Shown: positions 1 to 9,893 of the stretch, piece after piece | How the letters are laid out: each line of letters begins with the position of its first letter | Numbering within the stretch: position 1 is the first letter of the stretch | Source of the DNA: a virus | Taxonomy: Duplodnaviria; Caudoviricetes | Reading direction: 5' to 3' (one strand) | IMG/VR virus record: IMGVR_UViG_3300025030_000013 | Coordinates: 1,757-65,756 of that record | DNA length: 64,000 bases | Notes under the pieces: generated by a model | What the model saw: the letters and a program-made list of their open reading frames with translations, nothing else | Told to the model about the DNA's origin: nothing | The model's database searches: none | Translations under genes and position numbers: made by a program

Positions 1-1
1 T

Positions 2-157
2 CGTATTAACCTAGCCACAAAACAAATCGAGGAAATGGCTGAAATAATTGAGCAGCTTAACTATCAACTCGACAATGACAAAAGGGAAAAGGTAGGTTAT
101 CCACCACAAAAGCAAGGATGGGATCCGTCTAATCCTCTTAGCTCGGAAAGAAGGTGA
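2..157 (+). CDS. 3' end of hypothetical protein upstream of portal (partial)
   Basis: Open frame RINLATKQIEE...PLSSERR ending TGA just before the portal start. Confidence 0.6.
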   Translation, partial: RINLATKQIEEMAEIIEQLNYQLDNDKREKVGYPPQKQGWDPSNPLSSERR

Positions 158-161
158 GTAA

Positions 162-2036
162 GTGAAGGACAAGCCGATTGACATTATAGATGACGATACT
201 GACGTTAAAGAATTAATCCAAACCGAAGAAGAAAAGAAACTAGCAATGCGAGTGCAAGAACTATTTACAGCCTCTTATAATACTAAAAGCCAACTTAGAA
301 AGCCTGATATATGGAAGAAGTGCGATGATTACAAGCACAACCGGCAGAACCCACCAAAGAGCGATATAGATCCCGGAAGCGTGACGAATATCATTCATTC
401 CATCATAGAGGCGATGATTGCCGACTTGGTGGATAAGCCTATTGCTGTAGAAGCGAAAGGTCATGAACCATCAGACCATTTATTAGCCGAGCAATCAAAG
501 CATATGCTTGAATTTGTGCTAAACCGAAACAGGATTAAGTCAAAGCTCAATCAGTCTGAACATGATCGGTTAGAGTTGGGAACAACAATATTGAAGGTAT
601 ATTTCGACCACGACGCTTTAGGTGGCAGAGGTCTTCCGATCGTTGAACCAATTTCACCTGCAAACTTCTTTCCAGACCCAAAGGTACAGAGTTCTCACCT
701 ACTCCAAGAAGGCGAGTTCATGATTCACGCTGTACCGAGGCCGCTATCATGGTACAGGAAACAATGGCCGGAGCGCGGTAAATATGTTCAGCGTGAAATA
801 TCTGTGCCGTATAACCCTGAGATATTCGAGGATCAAGGGTCTGATGAAACCGAGTTAACGACTAGCCAAAAGGCGTTACTCCTTGAATGCTACATGAAGG
901 ATAATGATGGTTCCACTTACTGTCTACATGTGGCAAATCACATTCTGCTCGAAGATTCCAGAAAAGTTCTGAACGGTAAAAAGGTCAACAGACGTGATCA
1001 ATTCCCCTTCGTCTTGATCCCCTGCTACATCCAGAGAGGGCAGATATGGGGTCAATCAGACATTGAAATGCTTATTCCAACTCAGGACATCATAAATGAG
1101 ATGGACGATAACATAAGAATTACAGCACGCCTTATGGGTAATCCTCAAGTTGTTGTAGGGATGGGAGCCGGGCGTTCATTTGATTACCGCAAGTGGACAA
1201 ACATGCCGGGTCTTAGAATACCAATGAGGGACATTAACGCTTGGCGCATTGTAGAACCATCTGGTGTTTCAGCAGACATTATCAATAGGCGTGAAAAGGG
1301 ATTTCAGGAAGCGAACCTTATATCGGGGAGAACAGACTTAACTACTGAGCAAACCTATGGAGCAGTTAGGGCGGCAAGTGCTATTATAGCCGTTCAGCAG
1401 CAAGGTCAAAAAGGAGTTAACCATAAGGCCGAGATGTTCAAGACTGGCTGGGGAGAGGTTCTTGAACTCATTATGGATGAGATAATAACTAATTGGGATA
1501 CCGAAATGTGGTTTAGGATTGAGGGGGAGAAACCGGACTTTAGATTCTATGACCCTTCAAGATTGAGTGTGGTTCCTCAAATGATTCCAGATCAAAGACC
1601 TGTTTTGGATGAGAATAACGAACCTGTCATTGGGCTTGATGGTCCCGAAATGGAACACTTCATCAAACCATTAGAGGACGAAGAAGGAAACCAAATGACA
1701 AGAGAGGTACAATTAGACCTCTCTTTATCTATGGGTAATGGCTTGCCAAGCGATAAGGCGTTTATGTATCAGACGGTCGTGGAGTTATCTAAGGCAATAA
1801 TTGATGGTCGGTCGGTTATTACATGGAAAGAATTCCGCGAATACTTACGTTCCGAAGTCGGATTACCGTTAGATGATGACGTAAACATTCCCCAACCTCA
1901 ATTATCAGGTATGCCTGGGCAACCTACGATGCCGGGACAAATACCAGGACAAATGCCTATTCCGAACACTGATAATATGAATGGCCAAGAAGGGCAGATG
2001 AATAATATTCTTTCTTCATTGCGAGGTGATGGTTAA
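162..2036 (+). CDS. portal protein (P22/T7-like size class)
   Basis: 624 aa, first large gene after terL in circular order, helical with ISPANFFPDP motif and P/Q/M-rich tail. Confidence 0.85.
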   Translation: MKDKPIDIIDDDTDVKELIQTEEEKKLAMRVQELFTASYNTKSQLRKPDIWKKCDDYKHNRQNPPKSDIDPGSVTNIIHSIIEAMIADLVDKPIAVEAKGHEPSDHLLAEQSKHMLEFVLNRNRIKSKLNQSEHDRLELGTTILKVYFDHDALGGRGLPIVEPISPANFFPDPKVQSSHLLQEGEFMIHAVPRPLSWYRKQWPERGKYVQREISVPYNPEIFEDQGSDETELTTSQKALLLECYMKDNDGSTYCLHVANHILLEDSRKVLNGKKVNRRDQFPFVLIPCYIQRGQIWGQSDIEMLIPTQDIINEMDDNIRITARLMGNPQVVVGMGAGRSFDYRKWTNMPGLRIPMRDINAWRIVEPSGVSADIINRREKGFQEANLISGRTDLTTEQTYGAVRAASAIIAVQQQGQKGVNHKAEMFKTGWGEVLELIMDEIITNWDTEMWFRIEGEKPDFRFYDPSRLSVVPQMIPDQRPVLDENNEPVIGLDGPEMEHFIKPLEDEEGNQMTREVQLDLSLSMGNGLPSDKAFMYQTVVELSKAIIDGRSVITWKEFREYLRSEVGLPLDDDVNIPQPQLSGMPGQPTMPGQIPGQMPIPNTDNMNGQEGQMNNILSSLRGDG

Positions 2037-2299
2037 TGGCCAATGAAATGACAGCTCAGGAAGAACAATATTGGTTACACTCGCTTAGTGGAGATCCTTT
2101 GATTGGGTCTTTTTTACGTACTCAGGGTATGTTTGGTGATCCAAGGATACGCGCGTTAAATCAACCTGTCTGTGGGCGATGTCAAAAACTTTCTTTGTGG
2201 CATGAAAATGGTGCTTTATGTCCTAGTTGTGGTCATTTAACCCCTAAAAATAGTAGTTATAAGCTCAAGACGCATCTCAAGGAAGGTTGGTATAAGTAG
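2036..2299 (+). CDS. small Zn-ribbon protein
   Basis: CGRC...CPSC, coupled to portal stop. Confidence 0.7.
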   Translation: MANEMTAQEEQYWLHSLSGDPLIGSFLRTQGMFGDPRIRALNQPVCGRCQKLSLWHENGALCPSCGHLTPKNSSYKLKTHLKEGWYK

Positions 2300-2319
2300 A
2301 TGAAAGGTGGTAATTATCA

Positions 2320-2505
2320 ATGGAATGTCCTGGAAAAGGTAAAGGAAAAGGTATGATGATCAGCGTAATGGTTAAGAAAGGTGGTGGCCCCATGAAAGGC
2401 AAGCCAATGATGGATGACGATGAATACAAAGCAATGCCAAAAGGTCCAATGTCTAAAAAGACTATGGCTAAGTCAGCGCCAAAGGGCAAGGCTAAGAAAA
2501 AGTAG
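2320..2505 (+). CDS. small K/M/G-rich basic protein
   Basis: RBS AAAGGTGG, low-complexity basic sequence. Confidence 0.6.
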   Translation: MECPGKGKGKGMMISVMVKKGGGPMKGKPMMDDDEYKAMPKGPMSKKTMAKSAPKGKAKKK

Positions 2506-2616
2506 AATTGGCAATAGGTAAAGGGTAGATGTATCCTGCGTTTACTGAAAATCTTTATCAGGTGATCAAGGATAATCCGGGCATGTTTATGAAGAAAGAA
2601 GAGGAATGATTTATTA

Positions 2617-3036
2617 ATGGGAAAATATATCGGTGTAAAAATTGTTGAGGCCGAGGCAATGGGCTTGCATGACTTTAATGAAAACCATAACCACAATAAG
2701 GTTATTACCTCAACTCAAGGGAACGAAGGTTATAAGGTTGTTTACCCTGATGGATACGTCAGTTGGTCACCTAAAGTTGTATTTGAGGAAGCGTATAGAA
2801 AGACTAATGGGATGACATTAGGGCTAGCTATCGAAGCAACTGGAAAAGGATTTTGCGTAGAGCGTGAAGGTTGGAATGGAAAAAACATGCACGTTACCAG
2901 GACTAAGCTTTATACTCCTGAGGGCATACAGATAAACAACGATTGTCTTCTACTGTTCAATGTTACGGGAAAATACAACACTTGGGTTCCGAGCATTACC
3001 GATATCTTGGCCGAAGATTGGCGAATAGTTAAATAA
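2617..3036 (+). CDS. DUF2829 / Tad2-like anti-Thoeris sponge protein
   Basis: GYKVVYPDGYVSWSPK, then AIEA..G..V.REGWNGK and WVPSITDILAEDW. Confidence 0.75.
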   Translation: MGKYIGVKIVEAEAMGLHDFNENHNHNKVITSTQGNEGYKVVYPDGYVSWSPKVVFEEAYRKTNGMTLGLAIEATGKGFCVEREGWNGKNMHVTRTKLYTPEGIQINNDCLLLFNVTGKYNTWVPSITDILAEDWRIVK

Positions 3037-3150
3037 AGTCCAACTGACGAGCTAATAAAAAAGCTCTTTTTATATGTCTAAAATTTACACTCGGAAAGAC
3101 GAGACGGGCGAAACGATGGGATGCCGCCATCAAATTATGGAGGAATTACA

Positions 3151-4002
3151 ATGAAAAGACTTTTATCCATGAACTTACAGAAATTCTCTGAAACGGTCGT
3201 AGATGTGCCTGACGACGAGGCGCAAACCACTGAAACCACGGAAGAAACTGAAACCACCGAGACTACTGAAGCAGAAGAAACAACCGAGTCTGCGGAGTCT
3301 ACCGAAACTGAAGAAGCCACTGACGATACCGACGACCTTCCCGAACTACCTCCCGAACAGAAAAACGCCTTCCAGAAACGTCTTGAGCGCGAACAAAAGA
3401 AGATTCGTGATCAAGTAGAAGCAGAATCAATTGCAAAGTATGCCAAGCATCAAAAGATAATAGACTCCCTTGGTGGCGACCCTGACGCAATTGAAAAGGC
3501 TTTTCAGGAACAGGCATGGGCGAAGGAAGCTGAGGCTCAAGGGTACGCAAACCCCGAAGAGTCTGCATGGTATATCGGGCAGAAGAAGCAACAGGCCGAA
3601 CTTAATGAACTCCGAGTCAAGGTACAAATCAATGAACTGAAGGACGATCCCCTTTATGCCGGAATCAAGGGTTCGGAGAAAGAGATTCAAGCCTTTATGA
3701 CTCGAACAGGTTCTACGGCTAAAGAAGCATACTGGGCAATAGGTGGAGAAGCCCGGGCGCAACAACTCAAACGAGAGGCCGAGCAAAGGGCAATCGTTAA
3801 GAAAGCTCAACCAAAACGTACTGTTCAGTCAGATAGTTCGACAGGGGATGCAGGGGCATTGCCTCCGTTACCTGCTGATATCGAGGTACAACGTAGGCAG
3901 ATGGGCATTTCTCATCAGGAAGCACTTGATCTGCTCGGTTCGGACTATGCCAACATTGACGACTATCGGAAACAAAAACAACTTAAACAGAAGAAAGGAT
4001 GA
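3151..4002 (+). CDS. capsid scaffolding protein
   Basis: RBS GGAGG before ATG 3151; acidic T/E-rich N-terminus then coiled coil; lies before capsid genes. Confidence 0.8.
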   Translation: MKRLLSMNLQKFSETVVDVPDDEAQTTETTEETETTETTEAEETTESAESTETEEATDDTDDLPELPPEQKNAFQKRLEREQKKIRDQVEAESIAKYAKHQKIIDSLGGDPDAIEKAFQEQAWAKEAEAQGYANPEESAWYIGQKKQQAELNELRVKVQINELKDDPLYAGIKGSEKEIQAFMTRTGSTAKEAYWAIGGEARAQQLKREAEQRAIVKKAQPKRTVQSDSSTGDAGALPPLPADIEVQRRQMGISHQEALDLLGSDYANIDDYRKQKQLKQKKG

Positions 4003-4008
4003 TACTAA

Positions 4009-4452
4009 ATGGCACGTTATTTATATTCTGCATTAACAGGTACTAACGATTCCAAAACAACCACTCTCAAGATCGGAGCAAGCCAAACCATAGCGATCGG
4101 AGATATCCTGGCGATTGATGCAACAACTAAGCGAGGAATTGCTGCAGTTGGGGCATCTACAGCACTATATGCCATTGCTGCAGCCGCAATTACCACGACT
4201 GCAAGTCCTACTTCTGCAGATAAGATTCCGGTCACTCTGCTCAAGGGTGCGGTTATCCGTATTCCGTTCATTACAGCAGGGACAAAGAAGACCTTCGCCG
4301 ACACTGATTTGTTTATCACAAAGTTCGACCTGAAGGACAAAGTATCTGTTGACCCTGACGATGTAACAGGGGGTATGTGTCACATTATTGACTACGATAA
4401 CACTGCATTAACGGTGGACGTAGTGTTCGACGATGCAAATTTAGTTTATTAA
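4009..4452 (+). CDS. capsid decoration/cement-like protein
   Basis: 147 aa A/T-rich with IAIGDILAID motif, between scaffold and MCP. Confidence 0.6.
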   Translation: MARYLYSALTGTNDSKTTTLKIGASQTIAIGDILAIDATTKRGIAAVGASTALYAIAAAAITTTASPTSADKIPVTLLKGAVIRIPFITAGTKKTFADTDLFITKFDLKDKVSVDPDDVTGGMCHIIDYDNTALTVDVVFDDANLVY

Positions 4453-4469
4453 GAAGGGAATGATTAACA

Positions 4470-5351
4470 ATGCCAATGAATACAAGCCAATTTCAAAACC
4501 TTTACTTGAAGAAAATAGATAAAACCTTTTTCGAGGCGTGGGATGAAGAGTCTGAGCAATGGTCCAGATATCTTAAAGCTGAGACTTCTAGTCAGAATGC
4601 CGAGGTAACTCAGAACTTCGCCGGAATCGCTAAGTGGTCTAAAAAGGATGAGCTCGCCAACCCAACTGAACAAAAGTTCAAACTAGGAGACATTATCACG
4701 ACTACGCATCAACCGTTTGCCGTTACTGTGGTAATGAGTCGTGAGCAAGTTGACGATTCCAAATACAAAGAAGTGGAAGGCATGACCCGTGATGCTGGAC
4801 ATGCAGGACGGGAAACCCTTGAGTCTGAATGCATTGGAGTCCTTGATAATGCCTTTACTGTTAATCAGTACGACGGAGTTCCGTTGTGTTCTGACTCTCA
4901 TCCTAATCGTGGAGATGCAGGGGGTGTTCAAGACAACCTGCATTCTGGTGCATTGTCGGACGCTACCCTGAAAACAGGATTAACCCTCTTCCGTCAGCAA
5001 AAGGATGAAAGCGGAAAGCAGATTCTCGCTCGTCCTAAAAAGCTTATTATCCATCAATCCAAGCAATTCTTGGCTGCTACTATCTTGCAATCTACTCTGC
5101 AATCCGGAACTCCTAATAACGACAAAAACGTCCTTCCGGCTCTTGAGATTGTGGATCTCGACTTCATGTCTTCTACTACTGCATGGTTCTTGCAGGGTTC
5201 TCGCCATGGATTGGTGCATTATTTCCGTGTTAAACCTGAGTTTATCCGAGAGAAGGAAATGCGCCAGAACGGTAGTTGGGTGTGGAATGGATACTTTAGG
5301 CATAGTACCGCAGTTGAGAATTGGCGCATGTTCGTTGGGAGCAGTGGTTAA
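4470..5351 (+). CDS. major capsid protein (HK97 fold, Mu gpT-like)
   Basis: 293 aa; YDGVPLCSDSHP, QKDESGKQI..RPKKLII, STTAWFL motifs. Confidence 0.85.
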   Translation: MPMNTSQFQNLYLKKIDKTFFEAWDEESEQWSRYLKAETSSQNAEVTQNFAGIAKWSKKDELANPTEQKFKLGDIITTTHQPFAVTVVMSREQVDDSKYKEVEGMTRDAGHAGRETLESECIGVLDNAFTVNQYDGVPLCSDSHPNRGDAGGVQDNLHSGALSDATLKTGLTLFRQQKDESGKQILARPKKLIIHQSKQFLAATILQSTLQSGTPNNDKNVLPALEIVDLDFMSSTTAWFLQGSRHGLVHYFRVKPEFIREKEMRQNGSWVWNGYFRHSTAVENWRMFVGSSG

Positions 5352-5426
5352 AAAAGAATTGTCGTAGGATATGCTTGTTTTACCTCTTTCCCTATGGTAT
5401 AGTTATCACAGGGAGGGAGGTAAATT

Positions 5427-6128
5427 ATGAATTGCGTTATCTGTGAAAATCCCATTATAGACAGGAATTCCCGTAAATATTGCTCAGAAAAATGTGCAAC
5501 AAGGGCAGAGAGTATCCACCGGGCAGAAAGAATTAATTCGTTAAGGGTAAAAGTTGTTAAAAAATGTGTTCACTGTGGCAAGGAGTTTAGTCCTCACGTT
5601 AGGAATAAGTTTCAAACATACTGTTCTCCATCATGCAGAAGAAAAGAGAAATTCAAAAGAGATAAGGAAACAGGTAAGTATAACTTCGAATACGCCAGAG
5701 GATATGCCAAAAAAAACATTAAACGTAAAAACGAGATGAACGACATATATCACGACCGAATAAGGTTTGGTGGAAATAAATATCCTGTGTTGGACCGAGA
5801 TGGACAAAAATGTACTAAATGTGGAAAAATAAAGGGCTTAATAATTCATCATATTGACGGTAGCGGACATGATAAAAATCCAAACAATTCTATGGACAAC
5901 CTAACAACTCTTTGTAGATCGTGCCATATGAGGCATCACGCATCCGGTGATAGAAATTATCTCTATAAGGAATTGACAGTAGAAATGTATAACTTAGCAA
6001 AAGAGGGAAGCAAAAGTTTGTTTGATATGGCAATAAAATTAAATATGCATAGAGACACACTCCGTAGGAAAGCAAAGGAACTTGGGTTAGCTACAGACAT
6101 AAGAAGAGAACTAAAGCTTAATAAGTAG
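5427..6128 (+). CDS. HNH homing endonuclease with Zn-finger repeats
   Basis: YCSxxC repeats; RDGQKCTKCG..IHHIDG..NN..NLTTLCRSCH; own TGxTATAGT upstream. Confidence 0.85.
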   Translation: MNCVICENPIIDRNSRKYCSEKCATRAESIHRAERINSLRVKVVKKCVHCGKEFSPHVRNKFQTYCSPSCRRKEKFKRDKETGKYNFEYARGYAKKNIKRKNEMNDIYHDRIRFGGNKYPVLDRDGQKCTKCGKIKGLIIHHIDGSGHDKNPNNSMDNLTTLCRSCHMRHHASGDRNYLYKELTVEMYNLAKEGSKSLFDMAIKLNMHRDTLRRKAKELGLATDIRRELKLNK

Positions 6129-6234
6129 CAAAAATAGGAGGGGCTTATTCCCCTCCTTCTCAATGGATCATTTATCGAAAGATATTCAAAATATAGTTGG
6201 ACAAATGACCCATTACATTCGAGGCGGTGAAACG

Positions 6235-6558
6235 ATGACCACTAAATATCCTGCTGCAATAGATACATTTACAACTAAAATTGACTACGTTAGCCCTATT
6301 ATCGCAAAAGATATGAATGACGTTCAGGACGCTATTGTAGCTGTTGAAACTCTTCTAACTCATACCGTCGAAGAAGTTGGAAATATATCCACTACTAGGG
6401 CTACTAATGTTCAAATCGTAATCGGAGCGACATCAATAAATATTTTCAGGGATGGAGAGCAAGAGTCGTGGGCAGCAACAAGGGATTCGCGCGATAGGTT
6501 TTCAACGCTAACAAGGGGAGAAAGCACAATAAGTATAACGTACCCGCCGGAGGTGTAA
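6235..6558 (+). CDS. virion accessory/fibre-associated protein
   Basis: RBS GAGGCGGTG; TKYPAAID...A.DMNDVQDAIVAVE fibre-attachment-like N-terminus. Confidence 0.55.
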   Translation: MTTKYPAAIDTFTTKIDYVSPIIAKDMNDVQDAIVAVETLLTHTVEEVGNISTTRATNVQIVIGATSINIFRDGEQESWAATRDSRDRFSTLTRGESTISITYPPEV

Positions 6559-6561
6559 TTT

Positions 6562-7581
6562 ATGGTTGGTAAAGATTGGGAAGATGGATTTTTTATGGGA
6601 ATAGCGGTTGGATCCACTAGCCAGATCGAAAGCAGTGGCTACGGGATAGGGGATACTATTAAGGCCTCTAATCTAGAGCATATATCACCAATAGTATGGA
6701 CCGTCGATGCGTATAGTGCAGGTTATCCAATCAATGTAACAGTAGATGATGCTGGCAATGTATATACGGCATCTAGTACAGGGGTAAGAAAATACGATTC
6801 TGATGGAGTAATTATATGGTCAAATACCGAGGCGGCCTTTGCTTATGATGTAGCAGTCGACGCTTATGAAAATGTATACGTAGCTTACCGTAATAGCCTG
6901 GGAACCAAAACTGTACGCAAGCTCAGTTCATCAGGGTCCGAAATATGGGCTAAAACAGATAACTCAAATGCAAACGGGATAGCGGTTGATGCTGACGGTA
7001 ATGTATATGTAGCCTATGACATAAATACAGCCCTCGCCAAAACTGTACGCAAACTAAATTCATCAGGGGTCGAAGTGTGGTCAAGAAATGATGTGAAACG
7101 AGCAACGGATATAGCCGTAGACACAAGCGGAAACGTATATGTTTCTTATTATACTTATTCTGGGGTTACAAGCGTAAATAAGCTTGATTCATCAGGGGTG
7201 GAGTTGTGGGCTAAGACGGATGGCAGTAGTGCTACCGGAATAACCGTAGACTCGGAAGACAATGTATGTGTTTCGTATGATATGGCATCTACTTCAGGAT
7301 ATAGCTCTATACGCAAGCTTAATTCATCAGGGGTGGAGTTGTGGGCTAAATACGATATAGGACAGGCCTATGGCGTAACCGTAGATACAGATAATAATGT
7401 GTACGTTATTTATCGCCATTCTGGTAGCCGCAAGATTAGTTCTGCTGGTAATGATATATGGATTCTGCCTAGTAGGGTGAATAACGCTATTGCAACCGAT
7501 TCGGTAGGACATGCATATATCACCACTTACGACGGTTTAGTGAAATTTAATTCAGACCTTGAGTACACAATTGTGTCTTAA
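6562..7581 (+). CDS. beta-propeller (SBBP-like repeat) protein, putative fibre/spike
   Basis: About 7 repeats of IAVD.DGNVYV...VRKLNSSGVE.W. Confidence 0.75.
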   Translation: MVGKDWEDGFFMGIAVGSTSQIESSGYGIGDTIKASNLEHISPIVWTVDAYSAGYPINVTVDDAGNVYTASSTGVRKYDSDGVIIWSNTEAAFAYDVAVDAYENVYVAYRNSLGTKTVRKLSSSGSEIWAKTDNSNANGIAVDADGNVYVAYDINTALAKTVRKLNSSGVEVWSRNDVKRATDIAVDTSGNVYVSYYTYSGVTSVNKLDSSGVELWAKTDGSSATGITVDSEDNVCVSYDMASTSGYSSIRKLNSSGVELWAKYDIGQAYGVTVDTDNNVYVIYRHSGSRKISSAGNDIWILPSRVNNAIATDSVGHAYITTYDGLVKFNSDLEYTIVS

Positions 7582-7628
7582 GAATAAAGTGATAGCCAAA
7601 GTAAGAGCAATAAAATGGAGGCGATACT

Positions 7629-8177
7629 ATGCCTACGTATGGAGCAGATATAGCAAGTGAAGAACTAAACATAACGGACGGAACGACTCTTCTTGATGCG
7701 CTTAATAAACTCATTAGCGATACGGTACTATGGTCTGATGCTGTTAAGTGGTTTAATGATGGCATTAACGAGTTAGCTAATTATCTTGAGATTGAAACGA
7801 AAAGTAAAATTACAACAACTGCTGGAACTCTTAATTATCCAATACCTCTTGACTGCATATCTATTTACAAGGCAGATTTATCTTTCGACACATGGGGAAC
7901 GGATATTATCCTATATGTAGATCCGGGTGATAGCTCATTTAATATTTACTACTATCGAAAACCTTTGTACTTAAAATATGTTACTGATGTTCCGACAGAT
8001 GTTCCAAGTACATCACATTATGCGTTGGTCCTTTACGCAGCTATGAGGTATATGCAATCTGAGGATGATTTTGATCAGGCAAGGGAATTCGAGAAGTCCT
8101 TTGAAAAGAAAAAGAACTTGATGATTGATCAAATACAAGGTAAGGTCTATCCGTCATTTCCAACGGTGGTGTGGTGA
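7629..8177 (+). CDS. head-tail adaptor (T7 gp11/P22 gp4-like)
   Basis: WFNDGINEL, YYYRKP..L, HYALVLYAA motifs; position. Confidence 0.7.
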   Translation: MPTYGADIASEELNITDGTTLLDALNKLISDTVLWSDAVKWFNDGINELANYLEIETKSKITTTAGTLNYPIPLDCISIYKADLSFDTWGTDIILYVDPGDSSFNIYYYRKPLYLKYVTDVPTDVPSTSHYALVLYAAMRYMQSEDDFDQAREFEKSFEKKKNLMIDQIQGKVYPSFPTVVW

Positions 8178-9883
8178 TGTCTGAGAAGTTACTATACGAG
8201 GTTAAGGATATGTCTGGTGGCTTGAACGTTGGCACCAGGCCGCATTTAATTAGAGATAATGAAGTTCAGGATTGTCAAAACATTGACTTATTACCAGGCC
8301 AGGCGGCAACGTGTGATGGATACGGATTGATAAATTCCTTGTCGGCAGAAAGAATCTATAACTATGCTAAACGAGACGGAACAGTCCAACTTGTCCAGCA
8401 AGTAGCAGATAAATTATATATTGATGGAACCTTAGTGAAGTCCGGCATTGTCGGGCTTCTTTCTTTTGAGACGTATCAGAATTTATTATTTTGCACTAAC
8501 ATTGAAACATCTTTTATTTGGAACGGGCTTATATCGGTATGGGGAATAGAAAAGCCTGGGACAACCTGTACAGCAACGGTGTCAGGTGATGCTGGATTAC
8601 CAAATGAGGAACGTTCGTATTACGTAACTTTTGTTAACGATCGAGGTCAAGAAAGTAATCCTTCTCCTGCTTCCAATACTGTCTCTCCTTCGTTAAAAAA
8701 GGTTGACCTAACAGATATACCAACTGGTGAATCAAATACCGCCAAACGGAGGATATACGCCTCTGCTACCATTGGCAGCACAACAGGAACATGGTTACTC
8801 GTCGAGATAGCGGATAACACAACAACAACGTATACCGACAATATGGCAGGGAGTTCTCTTATTATTGGTAATGCTTTAGAGACTGATAATGATCCACCTA
8901 CTAAGTCTAGTTATATCTTAGAGCATAAGAATCGGCTGTTCTTGGCACAGGGTTCCTTCCTTTACTTCTCCAAGCTGAATAAGCCAGAATCATTCCCTTT
9001 GTCTAACTACATCCCCTGTAATGATGGAGGGGATAGGATCACGGGAATAAAAGTTTTAAATGATTGGATTGTAATCTTAAAGGAACGTTCAATTCAAATG
9101 CTCTCCGTAGAAGGAGAATCGTCTTCGTGGAAGTTTAAGACGATTAATGATAGTCGGGGGTGCCCTTACCCTGAAACTATTCAACTCTTGGACAATAATA
9201 TAATTTTCATGGGCGTTGATAACCTGTATCAGATTCAACCAACTTTGGTTCAGGACGAGAGAAGCATAGTCCCAGTTGGTACGAGGATTGAAAGCCTTCT
9301 GGTCAATGAGTCATCCCCCATCAGTGTTGACCATGATGGAAGGTATTGGCTAAAGATCGGTAAGTTAATCATAATATACGATTATAGAAGGAATTACTTC
9401 ACGAAGTATGTCTTCCCTGATGTTCCGAAGTCCTTTTGTGTGACAACTTTGAATAAACTTATTTTTGGCACAATCAAGGGAACTATGCAGTACGGAATGA
9501 GTAAAAACTTTAACGGCGTAGCAATTAGCTCATTTGTTGTTGGTAAGGACTTCGATATGGGTAGTCGTAGTAGAATGAAAAAAATCAGGAAGATATTTGT
9601 TTATTATCGCAAGGAGACTGTTAGTGATAGTATGTATGTCCAATTCGGTACGGACAAGGTTGGTTATGGCGAAAAATTAACAATAGGACTAGCTAATGGG
9701 TATATGGAATGGGGAGACAATAGCCTGTGGGGTAGACTATGGGGAGGGCAATCGTCTCCAGGTCAAGAGTCTCAAGCAATATTCCAGAAAGATAACTACT
9801 TTAGAGTTAAGATGGGAAGCGATTCTATTCCTTCTCAGTTTTACGGGTTTGGAATTATCTACAAACTAAAAAGAATTAGGTAG
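8171..9883 (+). CDS. nozzle / head-closure protein (P22 gp10/T7 gp12-like)
   Basis: D.SGGLN N-terminus, HKNRLFL, LYFSK...PESFP beta-propeller signatures. Confidence 0.7.
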   Translation: MVMSEKLLYEVKDMSGGLNVGTRPHLIRDNEVQDCQNIDLLPGQAATCDGYGLINSLSAERIYNYAKRDGTVQLVQQVADKLYIDGTLVKSGIVGLLSFETYQNLLFCTNIETSFIWNGLISVWGIEKPGTTCTATVSGDAGLPNEERSYYVTFVNDRGQESNPSPASNTVSPSLKKVDLTDIPTGESNTAKRRIYASATIGSTTGTWLLVEIADNTTTTYTDNMAGSSLIIGNALETDNDPPTKSSYILEHKNRLFLAQGSFLYFSKLNKPESFPLSNYIPCNDGGDRITGIKVLNDWIVILKERSIQMLSVEGESSSWKFKTINDSRGCPYPETIQLLDNNIIFMGVDNLYQIQPTLVQDERSIVPVGTRIESLLVNESSPISVDHDGRYWLKIGKLIIIYDYRRNYFTKYVFPDVPKSFCVTTLNKLIFGTIKGTMQYGMSKNFNGVAISSFVVGKDFDMGSRSRMKKIRKIFVYYRKETVSDSMYVQFGTDKVGYGEKLTIGLANGYMEWGDNSLWGRLWGGQSSPGQESQAIFQKDNYFRVKMGSDSIPSQFYGFGIIYKLKRIR

Positions 9884-9893
9884 GTGTTGACAC

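Noticed and set aside
3190-3340. GAAACC/ACTGAA repeats
   Set aside because: Encode the acidic T/E-rich scaffold N-terminus; ordinary low complexity.
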